The position numbers were made by a program, and so were the translations under genes. A stretch of 64,000 nt of DNA from Candidatus Hydrogenedentota bacterium (GTDB lineage: Bacteria; Hydrogenedentota; Hydrogenedentia; Hydrogenedentales; SLHB01), in the NCBI GenBank assembly GCA_963668025.2, contig CAXXTH010000017.1, positions 1,440,001 through 1,504,000 of the forward strand. Direction: 5' to 3'. The number at the start of each line of letters is the position of its first letter. Position 1 is the first letter of the stretch. The notes beneath the pieces are model-generated. The model saw only the letters and a list, made by a program, of their open reading frames with translations, was not told where the DNA came from and made no database searches. Positions 40,716 to 51,097 of this stretch are shown here, one piece after another.

Positions 40716-42986
40716 ATGGCCAATGATATGACAGGGCTGGAAAAAGCTGCCTCCCAGGGCCGCGAAAATCAATTGCGGTTTCTGGTTAATGTGGTGGCGC
40801 GCCATTGGAAGCTAATAGCCGCCTCGGTTCCCGTGGCGGTTCTGGGCTATTTCTGTTTTGTCCAAGGCTACGCGCTGTTTTTCCAGCCTCCAGCGCCTGA
40901 GGTGCAATGGCGCGCCCAGACCCAGTTGGTGGTCCAGCAAGCGGAGTGGGAAAAAGAGATCTTCCGCAGCCTGGCGGGCACGCCGCTGTTCCGGGGAACG
41001 CCCACGGCGCTGGCGGGGCGCATTAGCGCGCGCGATTTGGCCGCCGATGCGGTGCATGCCATGGTTCAGGACGATCTTCTGAATGGCGGGCTGATGGGCG
41101 GCATTTTTACAGAAGAAAGCGTCGAAGCAGCCATCCAGCCTATCTCTTCTGGGTTGGAAGTCGTGCCCGAGGATGAAACGGGCGTCATCGGCGTGCTTGG
41201 AGCCGCATCGGGCCGGGAAGAAGCCCGGCGCATTGTCGATTATGCCGGGCGCAGTTTCATCGAGCGGAATCAGCGTTTTCTTTCCAATGAAGAGCAAGAA
41301 GCGCTGGACTTCGTCCATACGCAATTAAAAGAAGTAGGCCAGCGCCTGGACCAAGCCGAGAGTGATGTCTGGCAGTTCAAAAAAGAGATGGGTTTCACGA
41401 CGGGCGAACAGTATGAAACCGATTTGTCAGCGCTCTACGATGAGCTGCGCATGAACGAAGCGTCGCGCTCGGGCCTTAATGATAAGCTGCAAGAGATTGC
41501 GAATGAATTGAAGTTAAATAATGAAAAACTCCCCGAGGCCTTGGGGCAAATCAACGATGCCGTCATTACCGGTCTTCTCAATCAACTGAACACGCAGCTT
41601 CAAGAGCAGTTCACGCTGAGCGTGACATATACCCCCGAGTTTGACGATCTGAAAAACCTGCAAGCTGATATCGAGGACACGCAACGCGCTATTCTCGAGG
41701 CGGTGCGCAAGCTGGACGGAGAAGCCGATAATGGCCAATTGGTGTGGGATCGCCGCCAGTTTCTGCATTCGCAATACCGGCAATGCCAGATAGACCTTAC
41801 TTCGCTAGAGATTCGTGCGTCTACAGTGGAAACGCGCCTCGATGATATGATGAAACAATGGCCCGTACTCAGCGAAAAGCGCAAGCAGTTCGAGAGCCTA
41901 CAGCGCGCCAGTGCGCAATTCCAGAAGCAATTTGATTTGCTTGTGGATAAGAAAACAGAACTCGAGGATGCCATCCGCCGCGGTGCGGCTCCCGTCAAGC
42001 GCGGAGAGTACGTCACTGATCTAGGGATGACCAAAGGCCGGGAGTCACAGCATGGCTGGCTGGATTATTTCATAGCCGCTGTCATCGGTTTGCTGGCTGG
42101 TTTAGCGATTTCCGTTGCTTGGGAATTGAATGATACATCGATTCGAAGTGTCGAGGATGTGACGGAATATATCGGCCTTGATGTGATCGGCATGATCCCG
42201 CGCATGCAATTTGGCCGCACCTTGCGGCGGCCACGCAATCGTGGCAATTATGTGGCCATCAAAGAGGAAAGTGAAGTTGACGCCTGTATTGTGACCCAGC
42301 ATGATCCGAAATCGCCCATTTCCGAGGCTTATAGGACGCTGCGGACCAATTTCCAGTTTGCCACCATCCAACAGAAACCGAAAACTATCCTGGTGACCAG
42401 CGCCGTGCCGGGCGAAGGCAAAACCACTACCGCCGTAAATATGGCCGTCACATTCGCGGATAGCGGATTTAAAGTTCTTCTGGTGGATACCGACTTGCGC
42501 CGCCCTCATGTGCATCATGTGCTCAAAATGCAGCGCGGGCCAGGCCTTGCCGATGTGCTCCGCCAGGGCCTTGATTATCATCCTCTCGTGCGGCAGACGC
42601 GCATCAAAAACCTCTGGTCTATATCGAGCGGCCATGTGCCGCCCAATCCATCAGAGTTGATAGGTTCGGAGCGGATGCGAAATGTTATGCAGAGCATGGC
42701 CAGCCATTTCGATTTGGTCATCTGTGATGCGCCTTCGGTGCTGGTCGTGACCGACCCCGTGCTTCTGGCCACCAATGTGGATGCGGTGGTAATCGTGGCT
42801 TCCGCCACCTACGCACGCCGTGAAACGGTCTTGCGCGCCAAACGCCTGATGGAAACGGCGAAAGCCCATATTGCGGGCGTTGTGTTGAACGGCATCGACG
42901 CCACCCGCCGCCATTATTATTACTACTATTATTATTACGATGAAAGCGCCTCTGGCCACCACCGGAAACGCTGGTTCAACAGTTAA
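40716..42986 (+). CDS. wzc: Wzc-type polysaccharide co-polymerase / BY-kinase
   Basis: Two TMs around a long coiled coil; 'PKSPISEAYRTLRTN', Walker A 'SAVPGEGKTT', 'VDTDLRRP', 'PPNPSELIGS', C-terminal Tyr cluster 'HYYYYYYYYDE'. Confidence 0.93.
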   Translation: MANDMTGLEKAASQGRENQLRFLVNVVARHWKLIAASVPVAVLGYFCFVQGYALFFQPPAPEVQWRAQTQLVVQQAEWEKEIFRSLAGTPLFRGTPTALAGRISARDLAADAVHAMVQDDLLNGGLMGGIFTEESVEAAIQPISSGLEVVPEDETGVIGVLGAASGREEARRIVDYAGRSFIERNQRFLSNEEQEALDFVHTQLKEVGQRLDQAESDVWQFKKEMGFTTGEQYETDLSALYDELRMNEASRSGLNDKLQEIANELKLNNEKLPEALGQINDAVITGLLNQLNTQLQEQFTLSVTYTPEFDDLKNLQADIEDTQRAILEAVRKLDGEADNGQLVWDRRQFLHSQYRQCQIDLTSLEIRASTVETRLDDMMKQWPVLSEKRKQFESLQRASAQFQKQFDLLVDKKTELEDAIRRGAAPVKRGEYVTDLGMTKGRESQHGWLDYFIAAVIGLLAGLAISVAWELNDTSIRSVEDVTEYIGLDVIGMIPRMQFGRTLRRPRNRGNYVAIKEESEVDACIVTQHDPKSPISEAYRTLRTNFQFATIQQKPKTILVTSAVPGEGKTTTAVNMAVTFADSGFKVLLVDTDLRRPHVHHVLKMQRGPGLADVLRQGLDYHPLVRQTRIKNLWSISSGHVPPNPSELIGSERMRNVMQSMASHFDLVICDAPSVLVVTDPVLLATNVDAVVIVASATYARRETVLRAKRLMETAKAHIAGVVLNGIDATRRHYYYYYYYYDESASGHHRKRWFNS

Positions 42987-43045
42987 GCCAAGCCGGGCGC
43001 TAGCATTTCGCTTCCCCCAAAATAGCTTTTCGGGAGCTGTCGGCG

Positions 43046-44578
43046 GTGTTTTTTAATACCAACAAAGAATACCAGATCGGCCGCGGTGAAGTCGCGGAAA
43101 GCCGGGTGGAAGCGCCGTTCTTTGTTGCGCTAATGCTGGTTTGCGGGCTGCTGCTCATCTGCGCCCATCTGTATTGGCGGAATCCAGAAGTAACGCTGGC
43201 TCTTAGTTTTACTATGACGGTATTTGCCATCACTGCGCTTCGTGTTAGTTTCGGCGTCTATGTGCTGGTGTTAGGCATGCTGCTTTCGCCGGAGATAACG
43301 GCAGGTGCAGTGGGCTCCAAAGACCACGCTCTAAACATGCGCTATAACGATGTCCTTATTCTGGCCATTTTCATGGGCGTATTCGTCCATGTGGCTTGGA
43401 AAGGGCGCATGCGTTTTTGGATTCCCAGTCCCATTAATTCAGGCATTCTCGTATATTTCGGCATATGTATTCTCTCAACCTTGCTCGCTTTACGGCGAGG
43501 CTTGCCCTATTTCGATGAGATAACCGCGTTTTTCGTTCTAGTAAAAATGGTCGAGTATTACTTGATATTTTTCCTTGTGGGCAACGCGGTATCGAGTAAA
43601 GCAACCATGCGAAGGCTGTTGATTCTCTTTTTCATGACGGCGCTCTTCGTGGCGATTTATGGAATCGGACAAGTAGGCAAAACAGACCGCGTGGGAACGC
43701 CTTTCGAGTCAGAAGGCGCCGAGCCTAATACGCTTGGAGGATATCTCATGCTTGTGATGATCCTATCGTTGTCTTTATACCGGTATGCGCCTAGCCGCTC
43801 AAAAAAGGCCTTATTCCTATTGCTTTTCGCTATTGTTTTTGCACCTTTTCTCTTCACGCTTTCACGGGCTTCCTATCTTGCTTTAGTGGCCGCCATGATA
43901 GCCATGGGCATAAAAAGCCGGTCCTATTTGGTGCTTTCGATTGTGGGTATTGGCTTGTTGATATCTCCTTTTGTAATGCCTTCCGCCGTACAAGACCGAG
44001 TCAATTATACTTTTCAAAAAGGCGCTGGTGAGGAAGTCACGGTCGCGGGAAAAGACACCGGGATACAAGTCGATAAATCCACGTATGAGCGTATTTATGT
44101 ATGGAAAAAAGTTGGATATAACCTCCGTTATTTGCCGTGGTATGGCGGCGGCGTTTCGTGGGACACGGTCATGGACAGCCAATATGCCCGTGTGCTCATT
44201 GAAACGGGCCTATTTGGATTTGCTGCCTTTCTATTCATGCAATTCCGCATTCTGCGGACAACGCACCAAACGTATAAGTGGGCGGACGACTGGGTAGGCC
44301 GAAGCCTGGGACTTGCCACATTCTCTTTCACGATTGGCCTTATTGTCCACAGTTTTGGAACCATCTCTTTCCTCATTGTACGGATCATGGAGCCCTATTG
44401 GTTCCTGGTGGCGATGGCGGTCGTGGTGCGGGATAGGGCGATTCGGGACTATGTGCGGTCTAAGATGCGCCAGCGGAGTGAGGCCCCAAAAACGGCGGCC
44501 CAGCCATCCCCCCTCCCGCAGCCGGTTTTCCAGCCGGCACCGGTGCTCAGTCTTCGCAACCCAGATTATGTGGAATAA
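43046..44578 (+). CDS. Wzy polymerase / O-antigen ligase family polytopic membrane protein
   Basis: About 12 hydrophobic segments; 'R...PF....EPNTLGGYL', 'TLSRASY', 'ERIYVW', 'DSQYARVLIETGLFG'. Confidence 0.82.
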   Translation: MFFNTNKEYQIGRGEVAESRVEAPFFVALMLVCGLLLICAHLYWRNPEVTLALSFTMTVFAITALRVSFGVYVLVLGMLLSPEITAGAVGSKDHALNMRYNDVLILAIFMGVFVHVAWKGRMRFWIPSPINSGILVYFGICILSTLLALRRGLPYFDEITAFFVLVKMVEYYLIFFLVGNAVSSKATMRRLLILFFMTALFVAIYGIGQVGKTDRVGTPFESEGAEPNTLGGYLMLVMILSLSLYRYAPSRSKKALFLLLFAIVFAPFLFTLSRASYLALVAAMIAMGIKSRSYLVLSIVGIGLLISPFVMPSAVQDRVNYTFQKGAGEEVTVAGKDTGIQVDKSTYERIYVWKKVGYNLRYLPWYGGGVSWDTVMDSQYARVLIETGLFGFAAFLFMQFRILRTTHQTYKWADDWVGRSLGLATFSFTIGLIVHSFGTISFLIVRIMEPYWFLVAMAVVVRDRAIRDYVRSKMRQRSEAPKTAAQPSPLPQPVFQPAPVLSLRNPDYVE

Positions 44579-44645
44579 TCATGTTGGGGATGTGTTAAGT
44601 GCCGAGGCGTTTCACCGCATACGCGTGGCGTGATCGAATGTAGAG

Positions 44646-44738
44646 TGGCGGAGAGAGAGGGGTTCGAACCCTCGGAACACCTTATGAGCGTTCACACGCT
44701 TTCCAAGCGTGCGCCTTCAACCACTCGGCCATCTCTCC
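44646..44738 (-). tRNA. tRNA-Ser(GGA)
   Basis: GGAGAGATGGCCGAGTGGTTGAAGGCG...anticodon loop CTTGGAAA, long variable arm, GGTTCGAACCC, encoded CCA. Confidence 0.95.
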
Positions 44739-44833
44739 GAAGAAGCCGCATTGTAGACATACCTTGGAACCTCTGTCAAACTCACCCGAATCGTTGGGCA
44801 AGGACGAGGAAATACCGGCGATGTACATAAAAA

Positions 44834-44948
44834 AGGACAAGAAAGCGGTAGCAAGCTACCGCATCCCATATGCGCTCTAAGTTCTTTTTATGTAACTATT
44901 TGGAGTGCGGAAGCGTGCTGCCGCTTTGGGTGCCGGATTTCGTTTGAA
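44834..44948. repeat. REPIN-like inverted REP pair, copy 1
   Basis: AAAGCGGTAGCAAGCTACCGCA...TGGAGTGCGGAAGCGTGCTGCCGCTTT; homologous about 115-bp copy at 58185-58300. Confidence 0.75.
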
Positions 44949-45086
44949 TACCCGTTTCGACTCTGCGCGATATAGATTCGTGCCCGGAGCATTTTTAGAA
45001 ATCACCGAAGGCAAGGAGCAAGAGGAAACGCCTGCTTGAACGTTTATAGGCCCACGAGAAATGATGGCGAAGGGAAACTCACGATT

Positions 45087-46106
45087 ATGCGGCGAGTGTT
45101 TCTTGTGTTTGCGTTGATCGGCATGATGACCGGCTGCGCCCGCTTGCTGCTGGGGGCAATCGCCGACAGGCCGCTGCATTGGGATTGCCAACTGCTCGCT
45201 CCTGGCGGGCGGATCGACGCCATCGCACACTTGGGCGATGGAGTCGTCGTGGCGGGGACGCGCAACCTCGAACCGGGGCTAATCTTTCGGAGCACGGACT
45301 ATGGGCGGACCTGGACGCGGACTGCCCAAGTCGATAGTGGTGAGTTTCTAGGAACCAATGTGACGTGCATTACTTCTGCAGGCGGCGGCGTGGCCTACAT
45401 GGTGGCGGGCGACGCGACCGTCTGGAAGTCGGTGGACTGGGGCAGCACGTGGGCGCGGCTGGCGCAGGTTTCGCAAAGCCCCCGTCTCGATGGCTTTCAG
45501 CGCAGCTACGCCATCGTCGCGTTGAAGACCGGCGCCGTTCTGATGAGTGATACCGGTGCAAACGGCGGGCACGTGTTCCGTTCCGAGGACGGGGGCGCAA
45601 GCTGGACTGACCTAGGAGCGGTGTCGGAGAAGCCCGTGTATCGCTTTCAGATAGTGGGTGACGGTGTGATTCTTAACGGTTGGGCAGGGCGCGTCTTTAA
45701 GAGCGTGGACGACGGGCGCACGTGGAGCGGCACAGGAAAGCTGGTTGATGCGCCGCTATATGCGACGGAATACTTGGGGAACAGCATTGTCTTGCAGGCG
45801 TCGCATACGGGCGAGGTGTTCCGCAGTATAGATAACGGCGTGAGCTGGGTTTCAGCGGGAACGGTCGCCGACCCTTCCGATGATTTTGTAGGCCTGGGTG
45901 GCGGAGCCGTCATCTGCTCGACCTACCTGGGGCGGCGGAGCATGTATCTCTCCCGGGACTGGGGGCGGACCTGGAGCGACATTGGCCCGGTTCCGACAGG
46001 CGTGGCCGAAGATAGCCTGGACCATGTGATCCGCGTCACCGGTTCTGGCGTCAATGCGGCGGTCGGCGGAACGTGGAATGGCTACATCGTCCGATTGGAT
46101 TGGTGA
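45087..46106 (+). CDS. BNR/Asp-box repeat beta-propeller protein (sialidase/YCF48-like), probable lipoprotein
   Basis: 'MTGC' lipobox-like; six 'S.D.G.(T/S)W' Asp boxes. Confidence 0.75.
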   Translation: MRRVFLVFALIGMMTGCARLLLGAIADRPLHWDCQLLAPGGRIDAIAHLGDGVVVAGTRNLEPGLIFRSTDYGRTWTRTAQVDSGEFLGTNVTCITSAGGGVAYMVAGDATVWKSVDWGSTWARLAQVSQSPRLDGFQRSYAIVALKTGAVLMSDTGANGGHVFRSEDGGASWTDLGAVSEKPVYRFQIVGDGVILNGWAGRVFKSVDDGRTWSGTGKLVDAPLYATEYLGNSIVLQASHTGEVFRSIDNGVSWVSAGTVADPSDDFVGLGGGAVICSTYLGRRSMYLSRDWGRTWSDIGPVPTGVAEDSLDHVIRVTGSGVNAAVGGTWNGYIVRLDW

Positions 46107-46154
46107 AGTGGTTTTCAGTTGGAGTTCCACCACTTTCCCAATTATCATTCAAGC

Positions 46155-46901
46155 CTAAACACTCATGCTCTCACCGGCGGAGTCCAACGCTGTTGATTTC
46201 GACGAAGCCGCGCCCAAAATATCGTTGATGATCACCCCAGCCGCCGTGAGTCCGATTATTCCGGGTATGAAAGACAAAGAACCATAGGACCGGCTGGCCG
46301 ATGCGGGTTCTTTTTCGGCGCATGCGGGTTCGGATGAATACACACAGCGAACACCGCGTTGAATACCGCAGGCGCGCAGGGCGAGGCGTACGCGCTTGGC
46401 CAAGGGACAGTATTGGGTGGCGGCGATATCCGCCACTTGAATGCGGGTGGGATCGAGCCGGCGGGCAGCGCCCATGCAGGATACAAAGGGGATGCCACGT
46501 GCGCAAAATAAGCGAATCAAGGCGATTTTGGCGTCGAGTGAATCGATGGCGTCCACGCCGTATCCCACGCCGGATGGTATAAGGCTGTCCGCATTTTCGG
46601 GAGTGATGCGTGCTTGAATGGGTGTGATGATTCCATCCGGATGGATGAGGGCGGCACGTTGGCGGACTATCTCGACTTTGGCTTGGCCCACGGTGTTGTC
46701 CAAGGCCACGAGCTGGCGGTTGATGTTGCTAGCTTCGACCGTATCGGCGTCGATGGCCACAATATGGCCAATTCCCGCCCGCACAAGCGCTTCGAATGCA
46801 TAGGAGCCCACGCCTCCTAATCCGCACACCACTACGGTGGCGCTTCTAAGGCGGCACATGCCGTCCTCGCCGACTAATTGACGGGTTCTTGAAAACCGCA
46901 T
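46155..46901 (-). CDS. tcdA: tRNA threonylcarbamoyladenosine dehydratase (ThiF family)
   Basis: 'GLGGVGS', 'SNINRQ', 'DAID', 'SCMGAARRLDPT', 'CPLAKRVR', 'VYSSE'. Confidence 0.88.
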   Translation of the reverse strand: MRFSRTRQLVGEDGMCRLRSATVVVCGLGGVGSYAFEALVRAGIGHIVAIDADTVEASNINRQLVALDNTVGQAKVEIVRQRAALIHPDGIITPIQARITPENADSLIPSGVGYGVDAIDSLDAKIALIRLFCARGIPFVSCMGAARRLDPTRIQVADIAATQYCPLAKRVRLALRACGIQRGVRCVYSSEPACAEKEPASASRSYGSLSFIPGIIGLTAAGVIINDILGAASSKSTALDSAGESMSV

Positions 46902-46971
46902 AATGCTTCTCCGTTGGCCAGCCTAAAGGCTTGCGCCATGGCGTGTTAGCACCTAATTCCGGATGGCGGCG

Positions 46972-47742
46972 CTATATGTGGAATCCGAATAGCTGGGCGG
47001 CGTTGGATGAGGTGGTTTCGGCTACTTGCTCTTCGGATTCGCCTAATGCTTCCGCCGCCGCCCGGAGAGTATACACGATGTTAGCGGGGGTATTTATATC
47101 GCCTTTCGCGCCCAGGGGGAGCATGTCCGGGCTGTCGGTCTCCAGCAGGAGAAAATCCGGATAGATGCGCCGGAGCAGGCGTTCGCGTTTAGGGCTGCTG
47201 CGATAGGTGAGAGAACGCCCGAGGGAAAATCGCATGCCGTACGGGAGCAACGCATCAGCGATCTCCGCGTTTCCACTGTACGCGTGGATGAGCCCGCCGC
47301 ATGGCGGTGCGCCGATTGATTTTAGGACACCCAGCAAGACATCAAACGCCCCACGGCAATGGATGACCGGGGGCAGATTTATTTCCCGAGCGATGGCGAG
47401 TTGCGCCCGGAAAACCGCCAATTGTAATTCCATAGGCGGCGTCTCGATTTTAGCGTCCAGCCCGATCTCGCCGATGGCGCACGCGCCATGCTCGCGCGCC
47501 ACCTCAAGGCCGCGGACGGCGTCCAGATCTTCTGTCCGCACGAACCATGGATGAACCCCCCAAGCGAACGCAACCTCCGGAAACCGCTGTGCAAGAGATT
47601 CGGAACGTGGCCACTGGCTGGCGGACACGGAAGCAGTAACGAGCTTAATGATACCCGCTTTGCACGCCTCCGCGATCACGGCCTCCGCCGAATCCCATAA
47701 TTCCTCACTCTCCAAATGGCAATGGGCATCGACGATACGCAT
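46972..47742 (-). CDS. TatD family hydrolase/DNase
   Basis: 'DAHCHL', 'GVHPW', 'IGEIGLD', 'IHCR', 'LLETDSPD'. Confidence 0.9.
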   Translation of the reverse strand: MRIVDAHCHLESEELWDSAEAVIAEACKAGIIKLVTASVSASQWPRSESLAQRFPEVAFAWGVHPWFVRTEDLDAVRGLEVAREHGACAIGEIGLDAKIETPPMELQLAVFRAQLAIAREINLPPVIHCRGAFDVLLGVLKSIGAPPCGGLIHAYSGNAEIADALLPYGMRFSLGRSLTYRSSPKRERLLRRIYPDFLLLETDSPDMLPLGAKGDINTPANIVYTLRAAAEALGESEEQVAETTSSNAAQLFGFHI

Positions 47743-48086
47743 GGCTTGTTTCCTTTCTTGGGAAAACTATAGCAGAATGCAAGGACGAGAAGGATATTAG
47801 GCAGGCATTTCTTGTCGCTTCACTGCTGTGATAAACTGGATGTGCTCTCTGGTTGCAGTATTTGATCCAGATCTTAATACGCTTGTTTGCGTATGACGAA
47901 TGGAACACCGGTACTTGATATGAATTCGCGTCATTTTTACAGTAATATTTTCTGTATATGCAAATCATTCGGCATGCTGGCTTGCAAAGCCGCCCTATTC
48001 TTGAAAGGATAGCCTAGGCCGTGTAATTGATTAGCCAATAAGCAGCGCAATGCATTTAAAGAAAGAGGAATCGAAAGGAATAGCAC

Positions 48087-49520
48087 ATGAAGGTGCTTTT
48101 TGTAACGGAAGTAAATCATTTTAATTACAGCGAACCGCTCGGTGTGATGCTGCTTATTTCTATCTTGAAAAAGCTGGGCCATGAGATTCGTTTGTGCGTC
48201 GAGAATGAAAGAAAGCTGGAGCAAATCCTGGATGAGTGGAAACCTCAAGTCGTAGCCTACTCGATCACCACACGCGGCCATCGAAGTTGTTTTGATCTTA
48301 ACTTTCGCTTGAAACAAAAATTCCCGTTCTTAAGCGTATTTGGCGGGCCTCACCCGACTTTTTTCCCGGATTGTATAGAAGAGAAAGGCGTTGATGTGAT
48401 TTGCCGGGGAGAAGGCGAGGGAGCGATTGCTGAACTGGCTCAAGCCATTGATGCCGGTGAAAGCTTAAATCAAATCCCAAATCTGTGGGTAAAAGACGCT
48501 GAAGGCCAGATTCATAAGAACGAAGTCCGGCCACTTATCGAGGATCTAGACGGATTGCCCTTCCCAGACCGGGAGCTATTTTACGCCATTTATGATCGAC
48601 CCGGCTTGCAGAATATAGCCAAATTCATGGTAGGCAGGGGATGCCCATTTAATTGCACCTATTGTTATAACAATAAATACTTCAAGCTATATTCAGGAAA
48701 AGGAACCAGGTTGAGGTACCGTTCCCCAGAGAATGTAGTCGAAGAAGCAGCTATAGTTTTAGATAAATATCCATTTGAGATGGCTTATTTCGTGGATGAC
48801 TGTTTTCCCACGGACAAGGAATGGGTGGAGCGGTTTCGAGCGTTATATAAGGCGCGCATTGGAAGGCGTTTTGTGTGCTACCAGCGCGTGGAGCGCATTA
48901 CGCAGGAATGGTGCGATGCCATAAGCGACTCCGGCTGCCATGCCATTTGCATCGGTGTGGAAACGGGCAATGAAGTCATACGCAATGAGATCTTGCACCG
49001 GTATCACACCAATGAGGATATTATCGCCGCGTGCGAAGCCATGCATGCGTCTGGTATCAAGATCATGGCATCCAATATGCTCGGATTTCCAAACGAAACG
49101 TTAGAAAATTCGCTGGAAACGCTGGATTTGAACCTAAGAATCAAACCAGCACATGCGAGCGGGTGCATATTACAGCCATTTCCGAATACGGAGTTATACG
49201 AGATGGCTGTGCAGATGCACATTTATGACGGCGATGTGTCTGATGTGGGGAATTTTCACAAAAGCCCCGATACTTGGAAATTGGAGCACAAAGAGGAAAT
49301 GGTGCGCTTGCGCGCCTTATTCGCGCTGGTAGTGGTATTTCCCTTCTTGCGTCCTTTGGTTCCCATGCTGCTCCGCTTGCCGCTCGATGCGTTGTACCAG
49401 GTGATCAGCAAAGTGGTTGTTGCTTATGTCTTCAAGTTTCGCCTGTTGCCGGTTCATCTTGGCGTACGACGGTTTGTTCGCTTGATGGTGCGGTTCGCGT
49501 TATCCCGTGAACCGGGATGA
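48087..49520 (+). CDS. B12-binding radical SAM protein
   Basis: 'GGPHPTFFP', 'GEGE', 'DLDGLPFPDR', 'RGCPFNCTYC', 'GVETGN'. Confidence 0.9.
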   Translation: MKVLFVTEVNHFNYSEPLGVMLLISILKKLGHEIRLCVENERKLEQILDEWKPQVVAYSITTRGHRSCFDLNFRLKQKFPFLSVFGGPHPTFFPDCIEEKGVDVICRGEGEGAIAELAQAIDAGESLNQIPNLWVKDAEGQIHKNEVRPLIEDLDGLPFPDRELFYAIYDRPGLQNIAKFMVGRGCPFNCTYCYNNKYFKLYSGKGTRLRYRSPENVVEEAAIVLDKYPFEMAYFVDDCFPTDKEWVERFRALYKARIGRRFVCYQRVERITQEWCDAISDSGCHAICIGVETGNEVIRNEILHRYHTNEDIIAACEAMHASGIKIMASNMLGFPNETLENSLETLDLNLRIKPAHASGCILQPFPNTELYEMAVQMHIYDGDVSDVGNFHKSPDTWKLEHKEEMVRLRALFALVVVFPFLRPLVPMLLRLPLDALYQVISKVVVAYVFKFRLLPVHLGVRRFVRLMVRFALSREPG

Positions 49521-49547
49521 TGCGCCCGCATGATGGAGGTAAAAGCC

Positions 49548-50939
49548 ATGGAATACCGTATTGAGAAAGACACCATGGGAGAAATGCAAGTGCCCGTGGG
49601 CCGGTATTATGGATGCCAAACCGCGCGGTCCCTGGTGTTTTTCAAAATAGGCGCGGAGCGCATGCCGTGCGAGGTCATCCGGGCGCTGGGCGTACTCAAA
49701 AAAGCGGCGGCTATGGTGAATATGGACCTCGGCTTGCTTGATTCGCGATTGGGCGGCGCGATTTGCCAAGCGGCGGATGAAGTCATTTCCGGCGCGCTCG
49801 ATGATCACTTTCCCCTTTCGATCTGGCAGACCGGAAGCGGCACGCAGACCAATATGAACGCCAACGAGGTCATCGCCAACCGCGCCATCGAACTCCTTGG
49901 CGGCGTGCTCGGCAGCAAGAATCCCGTGCATCCGAATGACCATGTAAACATGTCGCAGTCGTCCAACGACACTTTCCCGACGGCTATGAGCATCGCAGCC
50001 GTCGAGCAACTCACGCATCAGCTTATACCCGCGCTCGAAAAACTGCGCGACGCTTTTGAAAGCAAGGCGGACGATTTCGAGCACATCATCAAGATTGGCC
50101 GCACGCATCTCATGGACGCCGTGCCGCTCACGCTGGGCCAGGAATTCTCGGGGTATGTGAAGATGCTGGGCAATGGCATCGAGCGCGTGGCGTCCACCTT
50201 GCCCAAATTGGCCGAACTGGCTATCGGCGGCACCGCCGTGGGCACGGGCCTCAATACGAAAAAAGGCTATGACATCAAGGTCGCCGAGCAGATTAGCAAG
50301 GTCACGGGCCTGCCGTTCAAGGCCGCGCCGAACAAATTCGAGGCGCTGGCGGCCCATGATGCGCTGGTGATGGGGTCGGGCGCGCTCAAGACCGTGGCGT
50401 GCAGCCTCATGAAAATCGCCAATGACATCCGCTGGCTCGCTTCGGGGCCACGCTGCGGCCTGGGCGAGCTTTCCCTGCCTGCGAACGAACCCGGCTCCTC
50501 CATCATGCCCGGCAAGGTGAATCCCACCCAATGCGAGGCGGTGACCATGGTGGCGGCGCAGGTGCTTGGGAACGACGCCACAATCAACATCGCAGGAGCG
50601 TCGGGCCATTTCGAGCTGAATGTCTTTAAACCCGTGATCATCTACAATTTTCTGCAATCGGTCCGGCTGCTGGCCGACGCCTCCGTTTCGTTCGCTGACC
50701 ATTGCGTCGTGGGCATCGAGGCGAACGAGGCGCGTATCCAGGCTCTGCTGAACGAATCACTGATGCTCGTTACGGCCTTGAACCGCCGCATCGGATACGA
50801 CAATGCCGCCCGCATCGCTAAAACCGCCCACGCCCATGGCACAACTCTCAAGGAAGAGGCCGTTAAACTGGGATTCATGACGGCGGAAGAATTTGATCAA
50901 GCCGTGGACCCAAGCAAGATGCTGGGGCCATCGGAATAG
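49548..50939 (+). CDS. fumC: Class II fumarate hydratase
   Basis: '[15 protein letters not shown]', '[18 protein letters not shown]', 'GRTHLMDA', signature '[13 protein letters not shown]'; RBS GGAGGT. Confidence 0.96.
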   Translation: MEYRIEKDTMGEMQVPVGRYYGCQTARSLVFFKIGAERMPCEVIRALGVLKKAAAMVNMDLGLLDSRLGGAICQAADEVISGALDDHFPLSIWQTGSGTQTNMNANEVIANRAIELLGGVLGSKNPVHPNDHVNMSQSSNDTFPTAMSIAAVEQLTHQLIPALEKLRDAFESKADDFEHIIKIGRTHLMDAVPLTLGQEFSGYVKMLGNGIERVASTLPKLAELAIGGTAVGTGLNTKKGYDIKVAEQISKVTGLPFKAAPNKFEALAAHDALVMGSGALKTVACSLMKIANDIRWLASGPRCGLGELSLPANEPGSSIMPGKVNPTQCEAVTMVAAQVLGNDATINIAGASGHFELNVFKPVIIYNFLQSVRLLADASVSFADHCVVGIEANEARIQALLNESLMLVTALNRRIGYDNAARIAKTAHAHGTTLKEEAVKLGFMTAEEFDQAVDPSKMLGPSE

Positions 50940-50956
50940 GGAGGCCGGAAACGCGT

Positions 50957-51097
50957 TGTGGGGAACCCTTTCTTTCTCAGAAAGGGTTCCCCACACCCCT
51001 CCCAAAGAACCTCGATTTCGCTTCGCGAATAACGCCCAGTTGAAAGTTTTTGGAAAGGGGTGCGGGGAAAACCTTTTTTCAAAAAGGTTTTCTCCGC
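50957..51097. repeat. Composite inverted repeat (two palindromic arms) between convergent fumC and rlmB
   Basis: TGTGGGGAACCCTTTCT..AGAAAGGGTTCCCCACACCCCTCCCAAAGAAC versus inverted AAAGTTTTTGGAAAGGGGTGCGGGGAAAACCTTTTTTCAAAAAGGTTTTCTCCGC. Confidence 0.65.

Noticed and set aside
42913-42940. TAT/TAC triplet run as a phase-variable repeat
   Set aside because: It encodes the normal Wzc tyrosine cluster with mixed codons
44600-44760. tRNA-Ser as the attachment site of an island containing the EPS operon
   Set aside because: No integrase and no duplicated tRNA 3' end noticed in the window
49500-50702. 400-aa minus-strand ORF
   Set aside because: Antisense shadow of fumC; most other short overlapping ORFs in the track were dismissed for the same reason
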